The notes under the pieces were generated by a model that did no database searches, was not told where the DNA came from, and saw nothing but the letters and a program-made list of their open reading frames with translations. Source: Nitrososphaeria archaeon (GTDB taxonomy: Archaea > Thermoproteota > Nitrososphaeria > Nitrososphaerales > JARVJX01). Taken from it: DNA of 55,804 nucleotides. The DNA lies in contig JARVJX010000001.1 of assembly GCA_029775995.1 (NCBI GenBank), positions 1 through 55,804 on the forward strand. Reading direction: 5' to 3'. The stretch's first letter is position 1. Every line of letters starts with the position of its first letter. The translations under genes were made by a program, and so were the position numbers. This document shows, piece by piece, positions 8,559 to 17,717 of this stretch.

Positions 8559-9445
8559 ATGGCTTTAGCCCTCTCTAAAGCTTTTTTTAAGGCTCTCTTT
8601 ACATATACTGCTATCATCTCTTTCTTATACTCAGCAGAACCTCTAAGGTCACTTATGGGTTCTGCTTCTTCCTTTGCCCTCTCAGCCACTTTCTCAATTA
8701 AATTATCATCTACCTTCTTTTTAACCATAAGCCTTTCAGCCTTTGTAGCCTTTATGGGTTTTGGTCCAGCGGCTCCTAAACCTATTCCAACACTCTTTAC
8801 CCTTTCCCTTTCATCTAAAGCTATTTGAACAGCAGCCGATACCGTTGCAAAGTCTCCAGCCTTTCTCTCAAATTTAGCAAAGGCACCACCACTTTTCCCT
8901 GATGGCAAAGGGAATATGACTTCTGTTAACAATTCTGTAGGTTTTAGGGTTGTTGTAAAGATATCTAGGAAGAATTTTGAAGCCATTATTTTCCTTTCTC
9001 CCCTTAAACTCTTTGCTTTAATGGTAGCATTTAAGGCTAAAGTGATAGGAGGATAATCGGCAGCTGGGTCAGCGTGAGCTAAAGAACCACCTATGGTTCC
9101 CATATTTCTAACCTGAGGGTCTCCAATAACCTTTGCAGCATCGGAAAGTATAGGAAGGTATTTGTTAATAATATCAGAACTCTCTATCTCATGGTGCCTT
9201 GTTAAAGCACCAACATGAATATTCTTTCCTTTAACTTTAATGTAACTAAGCTCTTTTATTTTATTTATATCCACTATAATCCTAGGTGAAAGAACTCTAA
9301 GCTTCATCATGGGAATAAGGCTATGCCCACCAGCCAAAATTTTTGCATCTTCCTTAAGCTTTGCCATTAAACTTAAAGCTTCCTTTAGGTTTGTAGGTGC
9401 GCAATATTCAAAGCTTTTAGGTATCATATACAAATCCTTTCCCAT
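8555..9445 (-). CDS. coxM: Mo-hydroxylase / CO dehydrogenase family medium (FAD-binding) subunit
   Basis: Contains [15 protein letters not shown] and [17 protein letters not shown] (FAD_binding_5 / CO_deh_flav_C pattern). Confidence 0.88.
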   Translation of the reverse strand: MGKDLYMIPKSFEYCAPTNLKEALSLMAKLKEDAKILAGGHSLIPMMKLRVLSPRIIVDINKIKELSYIKVKGKNIHVGALTRHHEIESSDIINKYLPILSDAAKVIGDPQVRNMGTIGGSLAHADPAADYPPITLALNATIKAKSLRGERKIMASKFFLDIFTTTLKPTELLTEVIFPLPSGKSGGAFAKFERKAGDFATVSAAVQIALDERERVKSVGIGLGAAGPKPIKATKAERLMVKKKVDDNLIEKVAERAKEEAEPISDLRGSAEYKKEMIAVYVKRALKKALERAKAM

Positions 9446-9522
9446 ATAGATATAAAAAGGTTTCTAAAACTTAAAAGCCTAAGAACTTATATTCTTATGC
9501 TTACAAAGGTAAAGGGAAAAGG

Positions 9523-10452
9523 ATGCTAGCAAAGACTGAGGAGCTAACAGTGGAGAAAATAATTAAGTTCATGGAGGAGAGAAAATATGTGACTGATGAA
9601 TCCATAGCCATGGCTATATATCTTGCCCTCACTTTGAAGAAGCCTCTTTTAATTGAAGGAGAAGCGGGATGTGGGAAAACTGAAATTGCAAAGATTTTAA
9701 GCGATATTTTGGACACTGAGCTTATAAGGTTACAGTGCTATGAAGGCTTAGATGTAAATAGCGCTATATATGAATGGGATTATTTAAGGCAGTTATTAAA
9801 GATAAGGTTAGAAGAGAGTAAGAAGAAACCTGAAGAGATTGAAAGTAGTATTTTTAGTGAAAGATTTTTGCTAAAGAGACCCTTACTTAAAGCTGTATTA
9901 AAGGAAGATAAAGAGCCAGTATTACTGATTGATGAGATAGATAGAGCCGATGAAGAGTTTGAAGGTTTTTTATTAGAGTTCTTGGCTGAATTTCAGGTTA
10001 CTATACCTGAGATAGGAACCCTTAGAGCAAGAAAGGATCCTATAGTTATTCTAACCTCTAATAGAACTAGAGAAATTGGGGATGGAATAAGGAGAAGGTG
10101 TCTTTATCTTTATTTGACCTATCCAACTTTAGAGAAAGAAGTAAAGATAGTAAGGTTAAAGAGCCCAAATATAAATGAAAGACTATCTTTACAAATCTGT
10201 AGATTTGTAAAGAAGTTAAGAGAGTCCGATGAAATAATTAAGAAACCGGGAATATCTGAGACCTTAGATTGGGCATCATCCTTGACCCTCTTACATAAAG
10301 ATTCTTTAGACATCGAAACTGTACAGAAGACCCTAAGTTGCCTATTAAAAAGCTCACAGGATGTAAAAAGATTTGATTATACAAGAATAAAATCTATCTT
10401 AGATGAGATAGAGGAAAATGAATCTAAAGGAGAGTTTAACAGATTTCTCTAG
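9523..10452 (+). CDS. coxD: MoxR-type AAA+ ATPase (CoxD-like maturation factor)
   Basis: Walker A is GEAGCGKTE and Walker B is LLIDEIDRADEE. It is paired with a downstream VWA protein. Confidence 0.85.
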   Translation: MLAKTEELTVEKIIKFMEERKYVTDESIAMAIYLALTLKKPLLIEGEAGCGKTEIAKILSDILDTELIRLQCYEGLDVNSAIYEWDYLRQLLKIRLEESKKKPEEIESSIFSERFLLKRPLLKAVLKEDKEPVLLIDEIDRADEEFEGFLLEFLAEFQVTIPEIGTLRARKDPIVILTSNRTREIGDGIRRRCLYLYLTYPTLEKEVKIVRLKSPNINERLSLQICRFVKKLRESDEIIKKPGISETLDWASSLTLLHKDSLDIETVQKTLSCLLKSSQDVKRFDYTRIKSILDEIEENESKGEFNRFL

Positions 10453-11524
10453 ATTACTTAGGCAAGAAGGTATAAAGCTAACAGTAGCAGAGGTTTTAGA
10501 TGCTGCGAGGGCATTAAGCTACATAGACCTCATGGATAGAGGACAATTTTACCATTCCCTAAGAATTACCTTAGTAAAGAAGGGAGAATTTTACGAGCTT
10601 TACGATAGGCTCTTTAGACTCTTTTGGGAGAAAAGGCTAAAAATTCAAAAGGAGAAAATAGAGAGTATTAATCAAATAAGTTCATATGAAAATCTATCTG
10701 AGATAAAGGAGTATATAAATAAAAATGAAAAAGAAGGAGAAGAGGTAACCCTAACTTTATATAGTCCCATAGAAATTAAAAATATAAAAATTCTAAATCC
10801 AAAGGATTCCTACAGAAAAGAAATACAGAGGAATATAAGAAGGTTCAAAAGGTTCTTAGCTACTTTAGCTGGTAGAAGGGTAAAATCAGCCATAAGAGGG
10901 GATATAGACCCTAGAAAAATTCTTAGGAAAAATTTAGGTTATGGAGGGGAACTAATTAAAGTGGTTAAAAAGAGGAAGGTTAAAAGTAGGGCAAAGATAA
11001 TTCTTTTATGTGATGTGAGCGGCTCCATGGATGGTTATAGTGATTATTTGGTGGAGCTTTTATATCATTTCAAGAACTCTCTTCACAATACCGAAGTTTT
11101 TTTATTTAGTACAAATTTAATTAGAATTACTAATGATTTAAGCCAAGGTTCCATAGATTACGTTGCAAGGTCAATTACTAAAAGAGCGAGTATTTGGGGT
11201 AGTGGGACTAAGATAGGCTATTGCTTAGGATTATTCGTAAAGAGATACCCTGAACTGATTGATTATAATTCCATCTTAGTTATCGTAAGTGATGGTTGGG
11301 ATGTTGGAGATATAGATGAACTGAAAGCAAATTTAAGGTGGTTAAAAGAGAGAGTTAGCAGTTTAGTATGGCTTAACCCTTTACTTGATATACAGGATTA
11401 TAAGCCTGAAACCTTAGGGATGAAGATAGCTTTACCCTATATAGATATCTTTGCTAGCTTAAGCATCTTTAAAGATTCTAAAATATATGAAAAATATTTT
11501 GGTAAAGCTATAAGGTATTCCTAG
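10418..11524 (+). CDS. coxE: VWA-domain protein (CoxE-like)
   Basis: MIDAS motif LLCDVSGSM. It overlaps the MoxR gene by 35 nt. Confidence 0.8.
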   Translation: MNLKESLTDFSRLLRQEGIKLTVAEVLDAARALSYIDLMDRGQFYHSLRITLVKKGEFYELYDRLFRLFWEKRLKIQKEKIESINQISSYENLSEIKEYINKNEKEGEEVTLTLYSPIEIKNIKILNPKDSYRKEIQRNIRRFKRFLATLAGRRVKSAIRGDIDPRKILRKNLGYGGELIKVVKKRKVKSRAKIILLCDVSGSMDGYSDYLVELLYHFKNSLHNTEVFLFSTNLIRITNDLSQGSIDYVARSITKRASIWGSGTKIGYCLGLFVKRYPELIDYNSILVIVSDGWDVGDIDELKANLRWLKERVSSLVWLNPLLDIQDYKPETLGMKIALPYIDIFASLSIFKDSKIYEKYFGKAIRYS

Positions 11525-12390
11525 CATTTTAAACCTACTACCTCAGAATCAGATTTAGCCTTAACATATCCTTCAATTTTTTGCTCTTTTAATTCTTCTA
11601 TAGTTATTTTCTTAACTTCCACTAAGGGTTTACCACTTCCTCCCCTCCTTCTCATAACGATTTCAGCCATAATGCTCAAAGCAATTTCCTCAGGAGTCTT
11701 TGCCCCTAAATCTAAGCCAGCAGGAGCATTCACCTCTTTAAGCATTTCTTCACTTACGCCATCCTCTAATAAATACCTCATTATAATTTTCGTTCTGTTT
11801 CTACTCGCTACCAAGGCTATATACTTGGCTCCCTTTCCTAAAACCTTCTTCAAGATTTTATCATCGCTTTTGTGCATAGTCAAAATTATTATGTAAGTAT
11901 CTTCACTCACCTTAATCTTCTCATAATTCATATCATCCTTAAAAATTTCTTTAGCATCAGGAAATTTACTTTCATCGGCTAAGGGATCATTAACAATAAC
12001 ATCAAAACCAAAAATAGTGGCAAGCTTACTTAGGGTTTCAGCAATTTTTCCATGCCCTAAAATTAAAAGCTTTGGATTAGGAATGTAAGGTTCTAAATAA
12101 ACATCCATACTGCCCCCACAGGGCATCCCTGTCCCTGTAACTTCATCCTCCATACTTAAACTCAAATATCTAGTCTCACCATCCTTCATGGATTTTAAAG
12201 CCTCATCCAATACGATAGATTCTGCACATCCTCCCCCTATCCATCCATACAAAATTTCACCTTTTTTACCTATTATCATCTTTGAGCCTCCCTTTGCTGA
12301 GGTTGAGCCTTGGGTTCTTACAACAGTAGCTATACAAAATCTTTCTTCTTTTGATATTAGTTCTTGAACCTTACTCAAAAATTCTTTCAT
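11521..12390 (-). CDS. xdhC: XdhC/CoxI-family molybdenum cofactor insertion chaperone
   Basis: The N-terminal XdhC_CoxI region is ATVVRTQGSTSAKGGSKM...GGGCAE, followed by a C-terminal Rossmann-like domain. Confidence 0.85.
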   Translation of the reverse strand: MKEFLSKVQELISKEERFCIATVVRTQGSTSAKGGSKMIIGKKGEILYGWIGGGCAESIVLDEALKSMKDGETRYLSLSMEDEVTGTGMPCGGSMDVYLEPYIPNPKLLILGHGKIAETLSKLATIFGFDVIVNDPLADESKFPDAKEIFKDDMNYEKIKVSEDTYIIILTMHKSDDKILKKVLGKGAKYIALVASRNRTKIIMRYLLEDGVSEEMLKEVNAPAGLDLGAKTPEEIALSIMAEIVMRRRGGSGKPLVEVKKITIEELKEQKIEGYVKAKSDSEVVGLKC

Positions 12391-12395
12391 TTCAA

Positions 12396-12989
12396 CTAAT
12401 TAATCCTGGGGTAGTTAATAAATCTTTTTAAATCTTCCTCTGTGTCTATATCAATCAAAATCCCTTTATCATTAACTTCTAGCTTTAAGAGCCTATCAGC
12501 ATATTTATTTAGCAGTTCTTTAGCACCTATATCCCCTTTTAGCTTTGCTAACTCTGAGTAATACTTTCTATCAAATAATACCGGATGCCCAAAATCTCCT
12601 TTATAGCATGGCACAATTATCTCTCCTCCATACTCATAATAGATATCAATTATTCTATTTATCGTTTCTATACTAACAAAGGGTTTATCGGCTAAAAAGA
12701 TTAAGCATGCAGAGGAGCTACTATCAAGGGCCTTAATTCCTAAAGCTAAAGAAGAGCCCATACCTTCTCTAAAATTTTTATTTATTATGAGCTTAGAATC
12801 TTCAAAATGGAAGAGGTTAATTATAGTATCGGCCATAAATCCTAAAACTATAATCTTCTCATCAACCTTTGCTGCCTTTATCTTATCAAAGATTATCTGA
12901 ATCATAGGCTTTCCTTTAATTTTTACTAAAGGTTTAATCCTTTCCATCCTTTTACCTTCACCAGCAGCTAAAAGTATTGCGCTAATCAA
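12396..12989 (-). CDS. mocA: MobA/MocA-like molybdenum cofactor nucleotidyltransferase
   Basis: AILLAAGEGKRM P-loop-like motif and an NTP_transf_3-like layout. It sits next to xdhC. Confidence 0.8.
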   Translation of the reverse strand: MISAILLAAGEGKRMERIKPLVKIKGKPMIQIIFDKIKAAKVDEKIIVLGFMADTIINLFHFEDSKLIINKNFREGMGSSLALGIKALDSSSSACLIFLADKPFVSIETINRIIDIYYEYGGEIIVPCYKGDFGHPVLFDRKYYSELAKLKGDIGAKELLNKYADRLLKLEVNDKGILIDIDTEEDLKRFINYPRIN

Positions 12990-13030
12990 ACACGAAGATA
13001 TATAAGGTAAGGTAATTAATAGATTTAGGT

Positions 13031-13789
13031 ATGATGGGTAAAGGTAGCATAGAGAAGATTTTACCTGCAGTTAGAGCCCTGATAGCTGAAAAACTCGTAA
13101 AGGATTTTGATTTTTCTAAAGTTGAAGCTGCTAAAGCACTAAATTTAACCCCCTCAGCCATAACTCAGTATCTTAAAGGTATTAGAGCTAGCAAGGTTGC
13201 TCAACTCTTAAGAGAGGGTGAAGGGTATAGGCTCATCATCGAGAATTTAACTAAGAAGGTTGCTGAGGATTATAGTAGGGATGGAAGCAGTACAAAGATT
13301 ACAGCAATTCTAGATGTTGCCTATCAAATATTAGCATTGATGAGTGGTGAAAAGATCGAAGTTCAAGAAGTAAAAAAGAGGGGGGAGGGGGAGGATAAGA
13401 AAGAAAGATGGCTGAAGCTACTGAGGGCAAGGTTACAAGCTGAGCACTTAGCAGCCCAGAGAAACATGAGCATGGCCTTGTGGGCAAAGAACGATTTGGT
13501 GAAAAGCCTATTCAGACAGATAGCTTCCGATAGCTTAAGACATGCCGATATAGTTTCAAGTCTCATATCCCATATAGAAAAGGGGGAAAGGGAAATAAGG
13601 TTAGAAGCACCTAATAAAAGGGAAGTAGAGCAAATATTAAAGGAGGAAGAAGAGGCCACAGAGGTTCCCTTAGATGAGCTAAAGGATAGTAGAGATGAAG
13701 TAATTAAATTGTTAATAGAATCTATAGAATCTGATGAGGAGAAACATTTGAAGCTTTTAAGGGGGTTAGTATCCTTAGGTAAAAGATAG
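13031..13789 (+). CDS. Putative transcriptional regulator: N-terminal HTH plus a C-terminal helical, ferritin-like domain
   Basis: The HTH is AAKALNLTPSAITQYLKG. The C-terminal half is made of long helices with E/H-rich pairs (LRHADIV, EEKHLKLL). It diverges from mocA. Confidence 0.5.
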   Translation: MMGKGSIEKILPAVRALIAEKLVKDFDFSKVEAAKALNLTPSAITQYLKGIRASKVAQLLREGEGYRLIIENLTKKVAEDYSRDGSSTKITAILDVAYQILALMSGEKIEVQEVKKRGEGEDKKERWLKLLRARLQAEHLAAQRNMSMALWAKNDLVKSLFRQIASDSLRHADIVSSLISHIEKGEREIRLEAPNKREVEQILKEEEEATEVPLDELKDSRDEVIKLLIESIESDEEKHLKLLRGLVSLGKR

Positions 13790-13941
13790 AATAATATAAC
13801 AAAAAATATTTAGTGAAAAATAACAAATGAACCCATTACAAAACCCTCAGTTATATTATTATGCATTATGTATGCTACTTTATGAGTGCTAGGAATTTTA
13901 TGCTAACTTCTCATATATTATGGTTATCCTCCTAAATGATC

Positions 13942-14091
13942 TTAGCCATGTGAAGAACCTTTCAAAGGCTCTTCTATGATTCTATAGCTCCTTCCATCGA
14001 ACCTGTATGACTTTACAACTTTTGGCTTAATCCTATTCCTTGGGTTAAAATCTATGTTTGCTTTTATCCCTCTAAGCTTAAGAAACTCCAT
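13942..14091 (-). pseudogene. Short transposase-like remnant (49 codons)
   Basis: The minus-strand translation is MEFLKLRGIKANIDFNPRNRIKPKVVKSYRFDGRSYRIIEEPLKGSSHG-stop. This resembles the region just before the C-terminal tail of IS5-type transposases. It abuts the distal end of the mini CRISPR array. The call is weak. Confidence 0.3.
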
Positions 14092-14171
14092 GAAGAAAGC
14101 ATAAAAGAAGAAAATTTAAATGGTTTTGCAATGGGTTCAATGTTTATCTGCTCAATTAGTTCATTATCATA

Positions 14172-14377
14172 CTTTCAACTCTCTTTATGAGATTCGGCTA
14201 AGGGGTTAAACCCACATGAGAAAGCTAGTGAAACTTTCAACTCTCTTTATGAGGTTCATATACTTTGGGGAACATAGCTTGATAGGGAAGGAGCTTTCAA
14301 CTCTCTTTATGAGGTTCTTAGAGGGTACAGACTTACCCCAAGACTACATATAAATTTCAACTCTCTTTATGAGGTCC
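14172..14377 (-). CRISPR. Decayed mini-array: 4 repeats of 24 nt and 3 spacers (38, 36 and 36 nt)
   Basis: Repeats lie at 14172, 14234, 14294 and 14354. The consensus in crRNA sense (minus strand) is GAACCTCATAAAGAGAGTTGAAAG, which ends in the archaeal 8-nt handle-like GTTGAAAG. The first and last repeats carry substitutions. The array sits downstream of cas1-cas2 on the same strand. Confidence 0.75.
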
Positions 14378-14882
14378 TGGATAAGTTACATGTCCTCATA
14401 GGTATTCTAATACCGGTAGTCACTCTAACATTTTTTGTCGGAAAAAAATTTTTTCTTTGCTGAGTAAATCGTTTTAAGCCTCATAGGTATTCTAATACTG
14501 CTTTGTATCTTCACTCTTCAACCCCTTTAGTTGTTGTTTCAAGCCCTTATAGTATCCTATAAACCTCCTACAATTTTCCCCCTTTTTTATTTAAGCTTTT
14601 TTAGCCCTTTTTTTGAACAATTTTCTGCCTTAGTAGGATTAGCCATTCTTTCAAAGAGATCTACAGTTTATATTAGTGTGGTTGCTTCTCCTTTAGCGAT
14701 ACCTAATTTGTTATGTTTTTAAGCCTGAACTTATATACGCCAGCTTAAATCTTACGGGTTAAGGTATTTATCTGAAGGAGAGAAGGCTTTAGGATAATAA
14801 AGAATAAAGAAGATTATAAAGGGCATGGTGTAGCGTATGATTTTGTTAATAGAAAGTCTTATTTTTCTTAATTTTTGTAAAA

Positions 14883-15155
14883 TTAAACTATTAAAGTCTT
14901 CTCTTTATCCTCCTCAAACTCTTTACCTATTGAAATCCTTCCCTTATAATCGGCTGAACATAAAGGGAAGATCTTAACGTTATCATCGACTATGACCTTA
15001 TTTAATTCGATAACTAAAGAATTTAAACGGAATCTTTCCAAATCCCCAATAAAGGCGCTTTTTTGAATCCTCTTTAAACCGTAGTCTTTAAGCTTCTCGG
15101 CTACATAGCTCCTCAAATTATCTAAGGTTATATCGTAAATTATAAGGTATCTCAT
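14883..15155 (-). CDS. cas2: CRISPR-associated endoribonuclease Cas2
   Basis: 90 aa. The N-terminus MRYLIIYDIT and the ferredoxin-like pattern fit Cas2. It lies directly downstream of cas1. Confidence 0.88.
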   Translation of the reverse strand: MRYLIIYDITLDNLRSYVAEKLKDYGLKRIQKSAFIGDLERFRLNSLVIELNKVIVDDNVKIFPLCSADYKGRISIGKEFEEDKEKTLIV

Positions 15156-15187
15156 TTCATATCATCTCACATCCTTTCATCTCACAT

Positions 15188-16207
15188 CTACCATAAGATC
15201 TTAAAGGGTTTATAATTCTCTAAGCCATTTAGGAACCTTGCTATACTTCTTGCTTGAGAGATTATAACATTACTAAGCTTTTCTTTAGCATCATTATAAT
15301 AAACCTCGTTATTTATATGCTCCTCATAACTCTTTATCAAGAGCTTTAAGTATTCTTTTTTAAGCCTACCATCCTCTAAAGCATCTTTAGCCAAGATCTT
15401 CTTTTTTGCTATTAAATCTAAGATCAATCTATCTACACATTGCTGTCTAAACTCTTCCATCAAATCTAAAACTAAACCAGCTCTACCGCTTCTATCGGAG
15501 TGTAAGAACCCAGCGTAAGGGTCTAAGCCAGCATAGATTATAGCCCTCCAAACTTCTGGAAAAAGTAATGCTTTATAGGAGAAGTTAAGTATGCAATTTA
15601 AGGGGTCCTTTGCACTGGGCTTAACCCTCATAGTGAAGTTAAACTCAGGAGGTATTATTAGCTTTACAGCATCCCAGTAAAGTTTCGCTGCTTCTGCTTC
15701 AATATTCATAAGCTCAGTTCTAGCGTTGTTTAACTCCCCATTGACCTGATTAACCTTAACTAAGTTAGATTCTATTCTGTAGCCCTGATTTAATATATTC
15801 CTTCCTATTTCCTCATTACTTCTTATTCTACTTTTTGCCAAAGTCTTTAATAACGTTGCCTGGTTATGAATTTTGCCAGTAACGAAAGATTTAGCCAGCA
15901 TTAATCCTCTCTCATCCTTTAAAGCTAGATACTGCTCTCTTCTACTCTTTACCGTTCCAGAGAGTTTTGATGGTAATAGCATAGCAAGGGGTGTTCCTTT
16001 ATGGTTTGAAATAACCATATTTATACTATTTTTAATTATTAGCCTAAGGGCTGGTGAAGTTATTAAACAGGCTGGAGATAGTATGTTTATAAATTCTAGA
16101 TCTTTAGAAGGTATTTCTATTTTGTTTTCCTTTGTTTTTATTATGAATCTCTCTTTTTTCCTTGATAACTTAACACCAAATTCTGTTATAAATAATTTAA
16201 CCATCAA
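15188..16207 (-). CDS. cas1: CRISPR-associated integrase Cas1
   Basis: 339 aa. Contains EAEAAKLYW and GFLHSDRSGRAGLVLDLMEEFR (the Cas1 E/H/D-E active-site region). Confidence 0.92.
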   Translation of the reverse strand: MMVKLFITEFGVKLSRKKERFIIKTKENKIEIPSKDLEFINILSPACLITSPALRLIIKNSINMVISNHKGTPLAMLLPSKLSGTVKSRREQYLALKDERGLMLAKSFVTGKIHNQATLLKTLAKSRIRSNEEIGRNILNQGYRIESNLVKVNQVNGELNNARTELMNIEAEAAKLYWDAVKLIIPPEFNFTMRVKPSAKDPLNCILNFSYKALLFPEVWRAIIYAGLDPYAGFLHSDRSGRAGLVLDLMEEFRQQCVDRLILDLIAKKKILAKDALEDGRLKKEYLKLLIKSYEEHINNEVYYNDAKEKLSNVIISQARSIARFLNGLENYKPFKILW

Positions 16208-16289
16208 TTTTTTAATAATCTTATAATATTTAGAAATTTGCTTTATTATTCATAAGGCTGAAGGTATTTTAGGTATGGAAGACATTTTG

Positions 16290-17553
16290 CTTTCAATTCT
16301 CTATTCTGGATTTTCTCCAATGCATCAGACGAAGCCCGTCTTGTGAGGGCAGAAATCTCACTGATACTTTCAATTCTCTATTCTAGATTTTCTCCAATGC
16401 ATCAGTTAAACGGAATTAGTTTGCGGCTGAAATTGTTAAAGACAATGCTTTCAATTCTCTATTCTAGATTTTCTCCAATGCATCGGTAGAGGTACCCATG
16501 CCCACAAGGAGCCAAAGCTAGGGGACTACTTTCAATTCTCTATTCTAGATTTTCTCCAATGCATCTACGCTTCGCACAATAGCCACAAGCGACAGCTTCG
16601 CAGATAAGGCGATAGGCTTTCAATTCTCTATTCTAGATTTTCTCCAATGCATCCAGAGACTCCCATTGCCTTCCCCGTTGGGCACACATATGTGTCCGCC
16701 TTTCAATTCTCTATTCTAGATTTTCTCCAATGCATCCATAAGAAGATTCATTGATTCTGCTAAGGAAGTATTCTGGGACTTTCAATTCTCTATTCTAGAT
16801 TTTCTCCAATGCATCAGAGCTTATCTTCTTTGACGACGAGGCAGTTGTTGTCGTTGGTACTCTTTCAATTCTCTATTCTAGATTTTCTCCAATGCATCTT
16901 TTAATCATTAATACCCCAGTAGATTTCCTTCTTTTTAAACTTTCAATTCTCTATTCTAGATTTTCTCCAATGCATCAGTTAGAAAGAGTGAATTTCGGTA
17001 GCAAGGAAAGGAATGAAGTCTTTCAATTCTCTATTCTAGATTTTCTCCAATGCATCGGTAGTGGTAGGGGTAGTGATATGGACATCAAAAACTTCTTAAC
17101 TTTCAATTCTCTATTCTAGATTTTCTCCAATGCATCTCAACCTGGCTAGCCCCTTGCGCTAGTCCCCACAACCATGTGGGGACCTTTACTTTCAATTCTC
17201 TATTCTAGATTTTCTCCAATGCATCTTGAAGAAATTAACAAGGCGTGTGTGAAATTCACACGCCTTATCTTTCAATTCTCTATTCTAGATTTTCTCCAAT
17301 GCATCGAGCAAAATTATCGAGGATGGAAAAAGTATAGCTGAGAAAAATTATCTTTCAATTCTCTATTCTAGATTTTCTCCAATGCATCTTGACGAGTTGC
17401 CAAGTGCAACACCTGCCCAGCAAGTAATTGTACTTTCAATTCTCTATTCTAGATTTTCTCCAATGCATCTTGGCAAAAGTAAAATGGGCAAAGGATGGGC
17501 GTACATATAGTCTTTACTTTCAATTCTCTATTCTAGATTTTCTCCAATGCATC
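16290..17553 (-). CRISPR. CRISPR array A: 16 repeats of 37 nt and 15 spacers (40-52 nt), transcribed leftward
   Basis: The repeat in crRNA sense is GATGCATTGGAGAAAATCTAGAATAGAGAATTGAAAG, ending in the canonical archaeal ATTGAAAG handle. The leader-distal repeat (16290..16326) carries one substitution. I located every repeat by hand. Confidence 0.95.
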
Positions 17554-17663
17554 CAGTCTTTTTTGGCTTTTTTTCTTAAAATAAGCCCAATTTCTGCCCT
17601 TTTTGGCAGGGGCTTCTAGAACATCTAGTATTTGTTAAAGGGTATATAAATATGTTCTAGATT
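17554..17663 (-). promoter_or_regulatory. Leader of array A, containing a TATA-like box
   Basis: This 110 nt is an inverted copy (4 mismatches) of 18534..18644. It contains GGTATATAAATA flanked by the 10-nt inverted repeat TCTAGAACAT/ATGTTCTAGA. Confidence 0.75.
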
Positions 17664-17717
17664 GGGACTTTTTTACTACAGGTTTATAAATAGCCTTTAA
17701 TTTTATATTCTGGAATA

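Noticed and set aside
14531-14722. The 63-aa ORF in the region between the mini-array and cas2.
   Set aside because: It is Phe/Leu/Ser-rich with no motif, and lies in what is best read as the leader/promoter of the 24-nt array.
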